Program-made: the position numbers and the translations under genes
Notes under the pieces: generated by a model
Database searches by the model: none
The model's input: only the letters and a program-made list of their open reading frames with translations
Told to the model about the DNA's origin: nothing
DNA from: Nitrospinaceae bacterium
Lineage (GTDB): Bacteria; Nitrospinota; Nitrospinia; Nitrospinales; VA-1
Length of the DNA: 64,000 nucleotides
Reading direction: 5' to 3'
NCBI GenBank assembly: GCA_046754465.1
Contig: JBHHVU010000012.1
Location: 1,850 to 65,849, forward strand
In this document: positions 9,451 to 18,976 of the stretch, piece by piece
How the letters are laid out: each line of letters opens with the position of its first letter
Position numbering within the stretch: the stretch's first letter is position 1

Positions 9451-11517
9451 CTAAAAATTCACGGGAATTTTCCCGGCGGGCCTTTTGTTCAAGGATTTCT
9501 TGGGAGTCCCGGGCTTTATTAAATAGTTCTCATCCCAAACGCGGTTTTGTTCTATCAGGTACGACCAGTAATCGATCCGTTGGCTCCACTGTTTCACGGC
9601 ATCGGGGGGAAAAGGCGTTCCCTGGAGGGAAGTCAGGAACTTCGGTTTGGGCAGGAAAGATCGGGTCACCCAGAAGGCCTCCGGGTTGCCGGCTTGCACA
9701 TAGAGGGAAAAATCGCCCTGGTCGACGCGGAATCCCGCATCGTGGATGGCCACGGCGGTTCGATGATGCCGGGGAATGTCTTCAAAAAGGTCGTTTCCCA
9801 TGGAGGCGAACGCCCGGCCGTCGCCGGCCATGGCGAGGAGGGTCGGCATCAAATCCACATGACTGGCGGGAATCAATTCTTTCCGCGGAGCGAGCCCCAC
9901 CAAACATTCCGGGCCGTAAATGATGGCGGAGGTCCAGACTCCGGAATCCACCGGCATGCCCCGCAAATGTTCCGCCACCCAATCCCTGGTATTGTAAGCG
10001 TGGTCTCCAATGACAATAATAATGGTATTGTCTTTTTTTCTCCGCTTCTCCAGAACATCCAGAACGCGCCCGATATGATGATCCAGGTTTTTCAGGGTCA
10101 GGTTATAACGGGTGGGGATATCATCAATCCCGCCCGTATCCACGCGGTAGGAATCGCCCATCGCCGTCAGGGGAACAAAATAGGAATCTTCCAGGGTAAA
10201 CGGATAATGGGTACCGGCGTTGGCCACATAGGCAAAAATGGGCTGATCGGGCCGGGAGCCGTCGTGATTCCGAATCAAACTCAACAGATGGTCCATAATC
10301 AGCCCATCCCCTATTCTTCGGGTAATAAGCAGTTTGTTTTCGGGAAGTTCAAAGTCAAGGTGGTCGTACCATTTCCGGGCCCATTCCAACTGGTTATCAT
10401 AACTGGGATTCCCACCCCAAAGAATCATGGTGTGATACCCCAAATCCTTCAACCGCTTCGGAAGGGCGTCGACCTGGAGATCCAGAAAGTTCGAGACCAC
10501 ATATTTATTCCGATGGGGTAAAAGGGAGGTATTTATGGAATAAAAGGCGCGGACACTGGGGCCTCCATTGGAAATATAGCGTGGGAAAACCACAGATTTC
10601 CGGGCGAGTTGGTCCAACCGGGGAGTATAACTCGGCTTCGGCCCAAACAACCCGTATCCCACATCACTGCCACGCAATGACTCCACGACGAATAATAGGA
10701 TGTCCGGCAATTCACCCTGCTCATCGTTACAGTTCACTTCCCTTGGATGACCTGCCCGGATTATGGGGTATTCCGGACTCATCCATTCCTCCCCAGCCGC
10801 GAGGTCAATTCCCTCGCGAAGATTTTCAATGGCGGCCTGGGCATTCACCGGAGCCGGGGTCCGGTCGATCTTAAGAAATGAGTCCAGGAACAACCATTCC
10901 GCCGGCTTCAACATTATGGGGGTTAAGGGGTGGGAAATAAAGCGGGACAGGGACCCTACCCCCGCGGCCAATAAGAGAAAAAGGATCAAGGGGATTGATG
11001 GTTTGTATTTTGGAGTCCTTTTAAAATAAAGAAGGCATCCTATCCCCAAAACCCACCATGCGGCAAAAACAATCCCCAAGGCAGGGATCACATAGTCCAT
11101 ATCGTTGAATAAAGGTTCATAGAATGAGCTGGAAATCAGGCTGGGGGTCAAATAAGTCACCATGATGGCGGGGGTAAATCGCTGCCCCAGATATCGCACC
11201 AATCCAAAATCAATCTGACCCAACAGGATGATGACCGCGAAAAAGACCACTGCGGATACGGTAATCAGCGGCCGGACCGGCCTCAACAGTTTCCATAAAA
11301 TTAAAAACCCGGCCCCCGTCAGGGAAAGCACCAGGAGGTGATACAATCCGCCCACGAACAAGACACTCAAGGGTGAAGCCACCAACTTGTAACCATTGGG
11401 GTCGGTGCCAAAATAATGAAACACCATGCCCGCAAAACGGGCCACGATAGCCACGGCAATGGCCATGGCGATGGGATGTGAAAGATTGGGAGGTATTCTT
11501 TTAATTAAATTTGCCAT
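9451..11517 (-). CDS. LtaS/EptA-like membrane phospho-headgroup transferase (alkaline phosphatase superfamily), paralog 2
   Basis: About 5 N-terminal TM helices, then FVVESLRG (metal Glu), NGGPS (nucleophile position), THYPF, NLDHHIG, IGDH. Confidence 0.82.
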   Translation of the reverse strand: MANLIKRIPPNLSHPIAMAIAVAIVARFAGMVFHYFGTDPNGYKLVASPLSVLFVGGLYHLLVLSLTGAGFLILWKLLRPVRPLITVSAVVFFAVIILLGQIDFGLVRYLGQRFTPAIMVTYLTPSLISSSFYEPLFNDMDYVIPALGIVFAAWWVLGIGCLLYFKRTPKYKPSIPLILFLLLAAGVGSLSRFISHPLTPIMLKPAEWLFLDSFLKIDRTPAPVNAQAAIENLREGIDLAAGEEWMSPEYPIIRAGHPREVNCNDEQGELPDILLFVVESLRGSDVGYGLFGPKPSYTPRLDQLARKSVVFPRYISNGGPSVRAFYSINTSLLPHRNKYVVSNFLDLQVDALPKRLKDLGYHTMILWGGNPSYDNQLEWARKWYDHLDFELPENKLLITRRIGDGLIMDHLLSLIRNHDGSRPDQPIFAYVANAGTHYPFTLEDSYFVPLTAMGDSYRVDTGGIDDIPTRYNLTLKNLDHHIGRVLDVLEKRRKKDNTIIIVIGDHAYNTRDWVAEHLRGMPVDSGVWTSAIIYGPECLVGLAPRKELIPASHVDLMPTLLAMAGDGRAFASMGNDLFEDIPRHHRTAVAIHDAGFRVDQGDFSLYVQAGNPEAFWVTRSFLPKPKFLTSLQGTPFPPDAVKQWSQRIDYWSYLIEQNRVWDENYLIKPGTPKKSLNKRPAGKIPVNF

Positions 11518-11519
11518 TC

Positions 11520-13574
11520 TTAATTTTTCCCGGGGGAAAAATCATGCCTGAAGGGGTCAACGGTGTTCGGAGAATCTTTCAGGAACCGGTCATCCCAGAC
11601 ACGGTTTTGTTCAATCAGGTGAGACCAGTAATTGATCCGTTGGCTCCACTGCTTCACCTCCTCTGGGGAAAAGGGCGTTCCCTGGAGGGAGGTGCGAAAA
11701 TCCGGTTTAAGTTGGAAGGATCGGGATACCCAGAAGGCTCCCGGGTTGCCGGTTTGCACATAGAGGGAAAAATCGCCCTTATCGACCCGGAATCCCGCGT
11801 GACGGATGGCCACCGCCGATTTCTGGCCCCCGGGAACGGGCCGCAAAAGGTTGGTGCCCATGGAGGCGAAAGGCCGATGATCGCCAACCATGTCCAAAAG
11901 GGTAGGCATCAAATCCACATGGCTGGAAGGAAACAATTCCCACCGCGGAGTGGGGCCTACCAGCCGCTCCGGACCATATATCATCGCCGATGTCCAAACC
12001 CGGTAATCGACCGGCATGTCCTTTATCCCAGGATCCACCCATTCATAAGTATTGTAGGAATGATCTCCTAAAACGATGATGACAGTATTGTCTTTTTTAT
12101 TCCGGCTTTCAAGGAAATCCAGCACCCGCCCGATATGATAGTCAAGGTTTTTCAAGGTGATGTTATAGCGTGTCTGCACATCATCAATTCCTCTGGTGTC
12201 CACGCGGTTGGCATCTCCAAAAGCCGTTAAGGGAACAAAATAAGAGTCCTCCAGGGTAAAAGGATAATGCGTGCCCGAGGTGGCCACATAGGCAAACAAG
12301 GGCTGTCCCGGATTGGAGGAGTCATGCTCCTGAATCCCCTGGATCAAATGGTCCATGATCATGCGATCGCTCATTCTTCGGGTCACGATCAACCTGTTTT
12401 CAGGAAGTTCAAAGTCCAGGCGATCATACCATTTCCGGGCCCATTGCAGTTGATTATCGAAACTCGGGTTCGATCCCCACAGGATCATGGTGCGATAACC
12501 CAAATCCTTCAGCCGCCTGGGCAAGGCGGACACCTTGAGATCAATAAAATGCGCGATCACGTATTTCGCCCGGTGTGGCCAGAGAGAAGTATTGAGGGAC
12601 AAAAACCCACGGGTGCTAGGATCGCCGTTGGCAATATGGTGCGGAAACACCACCGCTTTTTGAGCCAGCCGGTCCAGCCGGGGAGTATTGCTGGGGTTCG
12701 GGGGAAACATTCCATACCCCACGTCCCGGCCACGAAGCGATTCCACCACGAATAAAATGATGTCGGGCAATTCACGGGGTTCCCCGTCATCTCCCGGTTT
12801 ATGTTCAGGACCTGTCCGAACGATGGGATACTCCGGACTCACCCATTCCTCCCCAACCGCGAGGTCAATCCCATTCCGCAGATTTTCCATGGCGGCCTGG
12901 GCATCGGCGGGAGCCGGGGTCAGATCGGATTTAAAGAAGGAAGACACATACAACAATTCCACCGGTTTCAGCATCTTGTCTTTCAAGGGGTCGAAACTGA
13001 GCTGGGGTAAAAACAAAACCGACGCGCCCAGAAAAAAAACAAGGGACGCCGATGGGGATGGATGGTGTTTGGACTGGGACTTTAAATAGAATCCACACCC
13101 CGCTCCCAGGGCCAGCCAGGATAGGAGAACAATGCCCAGGGACACGCTGAAGTATCCCCAATCGTGCAGGAAAGGATTATATAATTGACTGGAAACCAAA
13201 TCGGGACTCATATAGGTTTCCATGATCGCCGGCGTGAACCGCTGGCCGAGGTAGCGCATCATCCCAAAATCAATTTGGTCCAACAAGATCATTCCCGCAA
13301 ACATAACCACGGCGCCGATGGAAATGATTGAACGCAAGGGTTTAAGAAAATTCCACGCGGCCAAAAATAAAGCCCCCACCCACAAAAGTCCGGGAAGATG
13401 ATAAAATGCCGCCACAAACAGGGATTGAAGAGGAGAAGCGACCAGACTGTAACCGTTCGGGTCGGTGCCAAAATAATGGTGCGTTAAACCCGCCAGCCGG
13501 GCAACGGTGGCCACCATGAGGGATGTGAGTATGGGATGCAAGGGAAACCGTTTAATCTTTTTAAAAAGATTCAT
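11520..13574 (-). CDS. LtaS/EptA-like membrane phospho-headgroup transferase, paralog 1
   Basis: Same architecture (FVVESLRG, NGDPS, THYPF, LGDH). Long identical peptides shared with the neighbouring copy, e.g. THYPFTLEDSYFVPLTA and LIEQNRVWD. Confidence 0.82.
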   Translation of the reverse strand: MNLFKKIKRFPLHPILTSLMVATVARLAGLTHHYFGTDPNGYSLVASPLQSLFVAAFYHLPGLLWVGALFLAAWNFLKPLRSIISIGAVVMFAGMILLDQIDFGMMRYLGQRFTPAIMETYMSPDLVSSQLYNPFLHDWGYFSVSLGIVLLSWLALGAGCGFYLKSQSKHHPSPSASLVFFLGASVLFLPQLSFDPLKDKMLKPVELLYVSSFFKSDLTPAPADAQAAMENLRNGIDLAVGEEWVSPEYPIVRTGPEHKPGDDGEPRELPDIILFVVESLRGRDVGYGMFPPNPSNTPRLDRLAQKAVVFPHHIANGDPSTRGFLSLNTSLWPHRAKYVIAHFIDLKVSALPRRLKDLGYRTMILWGSNPSFDNQLQWARKWYDRLDFELPENRLIVTRRMSDRMIMDHLIQGIQEHDSSNPGQPLFAYVATSGTHYPFTLEDSYFVPLTAFGDANRVDTRGIDDVQTRYNITLKNLDYHIGRVLDFLESRNKKDNTVIIVLGDHSYNTYEWVDPGIKDMPVDYRVWTSAMIYGPERLVGPTPRWELFPSSHVDLMPTLLDMVGDHRPFASMGTNLLRPVPGGQKSAVAIRHAGFRVDKGDFSLYVQTGNPGAFWVSRSFQLKPDFRTSLQGTPFSPEEVKQWSQRINYWSHLIEQNRVWDDRFLKDSPNTVDPFRHDFSPGKN

Positions 13575-13707
13575 GGCTCGTCATTCATTATATTTGGGGC
13601 GAGGGAATCCTGGGCATTCACTGACCGGAAGACCAAAATTATGGTAAGATTTTGTTTTCAAACATTGATCCCATTTCCACCGCTAAAATTAAATTAGAAA
13701 AGAATTT

Positions 13708-14697
13708 ATGTCAAACAGGAAAAAGTTGAGTTGGGTCCTGGCATGGGTGGTGGCCTCGTTTTTGATTTACTGGTGCGTCCAGGGGGTCCATTGGGACCGG
13801 GCCCTGTCCGAGTGGAAAAATGTTCATCCTTGGGGGCTGGTCCTGGCTGTTTTGTTTAATCTGTCCATTTTGGCATTTTGGGCCGCCCAATGGAAAGTGT
13901 TTCTTCCGAAAAGGTTTCATGTTTCCTTCGGCCGCATGATCGAGATCAACGCCCTGATGGCCATGACGTTGAACACCGTCCCCTTCCTAATGGGGCAGGT
14001 TTTGGGGGTGGTGCTCCTCGCCAAACGGGAAAAAGTGGGCCATGCCGCAGCCTTATCGGCGCTCGCCCTGGATCAATTGGCGGAAGGTTTTTCCAAAATA
14101 TCCCTGTTTCTTCTGGTGGCAACGCTCACCCCCCTGCCTGCCTGGATGAAGCGGGGTATCCTCCTCGCCGTCCTGGCCATCCTGTTTCTCGTCATTGCCC
14201 TGTTTTTTTTCGCCCATCGATTCCCGGGTCTGCAAGGTTCTTGGAAAGATCCCTCCCATCCCCGATTGAAAAAGGTGATTCATTCTATCACCCGGTGGGC
14301 GCATTATTTGGAGGCCCTGAGAGATTTCCGAATTTTATTTTTCGGGCTGGCCATGGCCTTGGGAATGAAGGGGATGGAAGCCATGGCTGTTTTCATGATT
14401 CAAAAAAGTTTCGGATTGGACCTGCCTATATGGACTGTCTTTCTCGTCCTGGCATCAGTGAGCCTGGCGACCATGGTTCCGGTGGCACCAGGAAACCTCG
14501 GGGTTTATGAAGCCACCGTTTTTTTCATCTATCAATACTTGGGTGTTTCGGCCGAACTGGCCCTGGGTCTCGCCCTGTTTCAACATCTTTGTTTCCTGGT
14601 CCCCAACATTCTCCCAGGCTACCTCATCCTGTTGATTCGCAATTTTTATCCCCTCAAGAGCAGGCAGGCGTCGCTGGGCGCTTCATTGGCGGAATAA
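13708..14697 (+). CDS. UPF0104 / LPG-synthase-TM family membrane protein (putative glycolipid flippase)
   Basis: About 8 TM segments; NTVPFLMG, DQLAEG, VPVAPGNLGVYE motifs of the AglD2/MprF-N-related family. Confidence 0.8.
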   Translation: MSNRKKLSWVLAWVVASFLIYWCVQGVHWDRALSEWKNVHPWGLVLAVLFNLSILAFWAAQWKVFLPKRFHVSFGRMIEINALMAMTLNTVPFLMGQVLGVVLLAKREKVGHAAALSALALDQLAEGFSKISLFLLVATLTPLPAWMKRGILLAVLAILFLVIALFFFAHRFPGLQGSWKDPSHPRLKKVIHSITRWAHYLEALRDFRILFFGLAMALGMKGMEAMAVFMIQKSFGLDLPIWTVFLVLASVSLATMVPVAPGNLGVYEATVFFIYQYLGVSAELALGLALFQHLCFLVPNILPGYLILLIRNFYPLKSRQASLGASLAE

Positions 14698-14722
14698 CCC
14701 TTTCCTCTTAAAAAGATTGAGA

Positions 14723-15901
14723 TCACCCGGCAACCTTCCCTTCCGGATTCTCCTTGCTGGAATTGCGCTTTAGATCGATGGCCTTCCGGTACACATCCAG
14801 ATGTTTCGATAGAACCTGCCCCCAACCGGTGAGGGGCGGGGTTTCACGGTTGTGGCGGGCGATTGACAAACGCTGGCCGGAATCGGTGACCAGCCGCACC
14901 AGGTGGTCCACCATTTCCCCGTCGGTTTCCGCCAACAATCCTTCTTTCCCATGACACACGAATTCCCTAATTCCTCCTTCCCTCCGGGCCACCACGGGGA
15001 GACCGGCCGAGCGGGCCTCCAGCGCCGCGATGCCAAATGATTCCCAAATGGTGGGCTGCACGAAAATATCTGCGCGCGAAAAAATCTTCCCTATCTGTTC
15101 ACGCGTTTGATACCCCAGCAACTCCACCGTTTGTTCCAGGCCATACCGGGCAATCCATTTTTCCATTTTTTCCCGGTCCGGTCCCTCCCCAACAATCTTG
15201 ACTTTCAAACGAACCTGGTCAGGAATCCGCCTCAAGATTTTTGGAATCCATTTGATCAAAGCCTTGCCGCGCTTTTTCCGGTACAACCTCATCACCGAAA
15301 CCACCCAGATTTCATTGGCATCCCGCTCCACGGGGGTTACCCGCCAGTCCAGGGGGTCGACCCCCGCCGGCAAAACAAAAACCGCGTCCGGACCGGTCAG
15401 GGCCTTGACATCCGCGGCCACCACCTCGCTCACCCCCGAGACCAGGATCGGCCATTTGGACCATCGGAAGACACCGTCCAATACCGCAAATATAAGGCGA
15501 TAAGGACCCAAAATCGAATTCCAGGTAATGACCCCGGGAATTCCCAATTTCCTGAGCAGGTAAGCCCCCCCATAAGCCACGGGGGAAACAATATTCCCAT
15601 GGCAATGGACCACGTCATAACACGCCTCTTTAAGAAGGGCCTCCATTTTCCGGATAACGGCGGGCGTCCACGCGAGTTTGAAGCGGGGAAACAAGGGGAC
15701 ATTCAACCGGTGAACGGGAATTCCATCCACCCTCCTTTCACCGGGAAATGATGTGATAACATGGACCTCATGTCCCAGTCCCCTCAGCCGGAGTGCCAAA
15801 TCCCGCAAATGCATCTCGGTTCCCCCAACCTGTGGTAAAAACCAGTCGCAAATGAGGGCGATTTTGAGGGAACCGGCTGAGGACACGGATCGATCGGTCA
15901 T
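14723..15901 (-). CDS. GT4 glycosyltransferase, PIG-A/PimA-like
   Basis: ICDWFLPQVGGTEMHLRDLA..L...GHEVHVIT N-terminus; VHCH; RLYRKKR; ESFGIAALEA (EX7E). Confidence 0.88.
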   Translation of the reverse strand: MTDRSVSSAGSLKIALICDWFLPQVGGTEMHLRDLALRLRGLGHEVHVITSFPGERRVDGIPVHRLNVPLFPRFKLAWTPAVIRKMEALLKEACYDVVHCHGNIVSPVAYGGAYLLRKLGIPGVITWNSILGPYRLIFAVLDGVFRWSKWPILVSGVSEVVAADVKALTGPDAVFVLPAGVDPLDWRVTPVERDANEIWVVSVMRLYRKKRGKALIKWIPKILRRIPDQVRLKVKIVGEGPDREKMEKWIARYGLEQTVELLGYQTREQIGKIFSRADIFVQPTIWESFGIAALEARSAGLPVVARREGGIREFVCHGKEGLLAETDGEMVDHLVRLVTDSGQRLSIARHNRETPPLTGWGQVLSKHLDVYRKAIDLKRNSSKENPEGKVAG

Positions 15902-16156
15902 TCGATGGAGGCTTGATTCAAGAGGGAAATATTTCCGGGCGATGGAGATGGATAAAGTAAAACAAAATTCTCTTTCATTTACAAATCACCTCAAAAATTC
16001 CGGGGATCGTATTATGAAACCCCAATGCGAATCAACCCAAATGAAGGCGAAATTAACAGCCTTCCATTATTCCATAAAACGATGGAAACAGGATGGGTCC
16101 AGTTAAAACAGAATATTTCCCGCCGGGATTGACTTGGCCTCATATTTTATATAGAT

Positions 16157-17230
16157 TTGATCTCCAGTCTTATAAAACCCGGCCCCTTAATTTTCAAGGA
16201 TTTCCGGATGCAGGACCTCGATCCCACACAAGGAAAAATAATGCGGCCGGAAATTCAAACCCATCTCACCCACTTCCCCTACGTTCAGACTTGGCTGGAC
16301 TGGTGGAAAGGCTGCTCCCTTCCTCGAAAATTGATTCCCCTTTTCCTGGTCACCCTTTATTGGACAATTATTTTTTCATTGGGAGGGTTCCGGCCGGATC
16401 ACTTCATCGGCGGAATGCTGTTCTTGGCTTTTTATTATGGCGGACCCAGGACATTGCCTCTATTTTATTTTCTCCTCCCCTTTTTTCTGATGAGCGCCGC
16501 CTACGATTCCCAGGGGTTCTATGCCGGCCAACTTCGGTCCGAGATCCATTTGAAAGAACCCTACCTTTGGGAAAAAAAATATTTCGGGATTCCCACCGGG
16601 GACGGGGTCCTGCTGCCCGCTGAATGGTTTCAAAAACACACCTACCCCGTTTTGGATTTTCTCACGGGCCTGATATATATCAATTTTATTCCGGTGTATT
16701 TAATGGTCGCCCTTTACATTCGATTTCGGCTGGGCCAGACGGGGCACGCCCATTTTTCCGCCGAGGACATCCAAAAACTTTCGCCGGCCATCATGTGGAG
16801 TATGCTGTGGCTGAACGTGATCTCCTGCTCGACTTATTACTGGTATCCGGCGGCCCCCCCATGGTATGTCGCCCAATATGGCTTTGGGCCCGTCCAATTG
16901 GATGTCCCTCCCAATCCCGCCGGGGGAAGCCGGTTTGACGCCCTGCTCGGCATCCATCTGTACGAAGGATTTTATAAAAGAACACCCAACATATTCGGAA
17001 CGATTCCTTCCACCCATGTCGCCTTTCCCTTGTTATGCACTTACTTCGCGTTCAAATTCAAAACCCTCCGGGTATTCTGCCTGAGCTATTATCTTTTGAT
17101 GTGTTTTTCGGCGCTTTACCTCAACCATCATTATGTCATTGACCTCCTGTGGGGTTCCGCCTACGCCTTGATCGTGGGTTGGGGACTGGACCGTTTTTAC
17201 ACTTGGCGAACCGCGCAGAATAAAACATAA
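16157..17230 (+). CDS. Aur1/Ipt1-like inositol-phosphoceramide synthase family (PAP2_3) membrane protein
   Basis: YPAAPPWY, NPAGGSRFD, FGTIPSTH, YLNHHYVIDL correspond to the conserved IPC-synthase domains including the His/His/Asp triad. True start may be ATG 16208 or 16241. Confidence 0.82.
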   Translation: MISSLIKPGPLIFKDFRMQDLDPTQGKIMRPEIQTHLTHFPYVQTWLDWWKGCSLPRKLIPLFLVTLYWTIIFSLGGFRPDHFIGGMLFLAFYYGGPRTLPLFYFLLPFFLMSAAYDSQGFYAGQLRSEIHLKEPYLWEKKYFGIPTGDGVLLPAEWFQKHTYPVLDFLTGLIYINFIPVYLMVALYIRFRLGQTGHAHFSAEDIQKLSPAIMWSMLWLNVISCSTYYWYPAAPPWYVAQYGFGPVQLDVPPNPAGGSRFDALLGIHLYEGFYKRTPNIFGTIPSTHVAFPLLCTYFAFKFKTLRVFCLSYYLLMCFSALYLNHHYVIDLLWGSAYALIVGWGLDRFYTWRTAQNKT

Positions 17231-17341
17231 CATGTTTCCATTTTCATCCTCAATGACACCGGGAATTTTCCTAACGCTTTGCCCTGGAAAATTCCTGGAA
17301 ATCCTTCAACCGCCAATATCCGTTCCGGGTTTGTTGAACCG

Positions 17342-18877
17342 ATGAAATTGCCTGACGAACGGCTGACCACGAGGATTCTTTGGATATTTTTCGGTTTGGC
17401 GGTGTATCAGTCCGTCTCCTTATTGATTTGGTATTGGCCGGGTTCCCTTCCGGATGGACCCACGAGCGGCGTGTGGGCCTCCCTGGCTTATGATTTTTCC
17501 AAAGGGGTCTTTTACCGGCCCCTCATCAGTGAGGCGGGGTATGGGGGAACGCGGTACATGCCTTTATTTTTCGTCCTGCATGGATTCCTCATCCAGATCT
17601 TTGGGGATCCCCTGACCACAGGTGTGGCCCTCACCTTGACGGCGGCCCTGTTACTGGGACTGGGTATTTATTTTGTCTTGCGGGAACTCGGGGTCCCCTG
17701 GCGGCTGGCGCTTCCCTTCGCCGGAGCCGTGAATTGTACTATTTCCTACCTCCTGGACACATTGACCATCCGTGGAGATTTCCTCGCTGCGGCCTTTAAT
17801 ATTTGGGCGATTGGGTTTGCGTTAAAACACCATGCCTCTCGATCCAAATTCTATCTTGTTTTGTCCGTGACGGCCTTCACCTGTGCCTTCCTGACTAAAT
17901 TCACCTCCCTGTTCGGCCTTCTGGCCGTGTCGCTGTTCTACTTTTTCTCCGGTCACAGAGGGTCGGCATGGAAACTCCTTCTGGGCACCGGATTGGGCAT
18001 CGTGGTTTCCTTGACAGCCATTAACAGCATCAGCGAGGGACGGGCTCTGGAATCGTTTTTGGCCTGCGCCACGGGGGGATTGGAAAATATGGAACCCTAT
18101 CGATTTATCCTGCATTTTTTGAGTGAAGGGATTCGCGATCCGATATTTTTCGGACTCTTCGGATTTTGTCTTGTTCTGTTCGTCATGAACGCGAAGGAAC
18201 GTTGGAAGGAATTCCCTTGTTTACTGTTCGGCGCGACCCTGGCCTTTACCTTGGTCATCTATTCCTCTCCCGGCACCGCGAGCAACCACCTTCTAGACCT
18301 GCAGGTGGCCATCATCATTTTTCTCGCGGTGCAATTCTCCAGAAACAGGACCCACGCCACGGGAATCTCGATTTTATTCTTTTTAATAGCCGGGTACATC
18401 GTGTTGTCGTGGTTTCCCCATGTTCCATCGGTTAAAAAGTTTTTTGCCGCCAACCAAAAACCCACGCGGGCCACGGTGGAATACTTTTACGACCGGTATG
18501 GACCGCAAGCCGCTCCCGTGCTCTCGCGCCACAATTTTTTTTCACTCCTCAAGGGACACCGGCCCGTGGTAAGTGATTTTTTTAACTTATTTATCTTGAT
18601 GAAAAAATATCCTATCATTGAGCAGGATTTTACCCGGAAAATTAAGACCCAATATTTCGGATCTTTTGTTGCATCGAACTGGCCCGTCATCTTTGAAAAG
18701 GATGTGAACTCCCCGGACGACCCCTATTTTTTGCAGAAAGTGGATGAGTTTCACCGGGCTCAAAGGGAAGAGTTTCATGAGTTTTATGATCTTATTCTTC
18801 AATATTATGAAATCTCAAGTGTCCGAAGGCCTTTCGTATTTTATGTTCCCAGGAACAAGCCCCCCATTGCCCCCTGA
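17342..18877 (+). CDS. Putative GT-C fold membrane glycosyltransferase, paralog 1
   Basis: About 11 TM segments; first-loop SGVWASLAYDFSKGVFYRPL...GYGGTRYMPLFF; RGDFLAAAFN; FLTKFT. Start set at ATG 17342 (track 17279). Confidence 0.62.
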   Translation: MKLPDERLTTRILWIFFGLAVYQSVSLLIWYWPGSLPDGPTSGVWASLAYDFSKGVFYRPLISEAGYGGTRYMPLFFVLHGFLIQIFGDPLTTGVALTLTAALLLGLGIYFVLRELGVPWRLALPFAGAVNCTISYLLDTLTIRGDFLAAAFNIWAIGFALKHHASRSKFYLVLSVTAFTCAFLTKFTSLFGLLAVSLFYFFSGHRGSAWKLLLGTGLGIVVSLTAINSISEGRALESFLACATGGLENMEPYRFILHFLSEGIRDPIFFGLFGFCLVLFVMNAKERWKEFPCLLFGATLAFTLVIYSSPGTASNHLLDLQVAIIIFLAVQFSRNRTHATGISILFFLIAGYIVLSWFPHVPSVKKFFAANQKPTRATVEYFYDRYGPQAAPVLSRHNFFSLLKGHRPVVSDFFNLFILMKKYPIIEQDFTRKIKTQYFGSFVASNWPVIFEKDVNSPDDPYFLQKVDEFHRAQREEFHEFYDLILQYYEISSVRRPFVFYVPRNKPPIAP

Positions 18878-18976
18878 GGGGTGGGAAACTCCGGCCGGTG
18901 CCCGGGGGACCGGCCGGCATCGGCACGCACTCCTTCCGCCGGTCCGCGTATTCTTCCAACACACCGGCGCCTGGTA

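Noticed and set aside
9451-13574. Calling the tandem genes sulfatases activated by the FGE-like protein at 34547
   Set aside because: No C/SxPxR motif, and the FGE-like protein lacks its catalytic cysteines.
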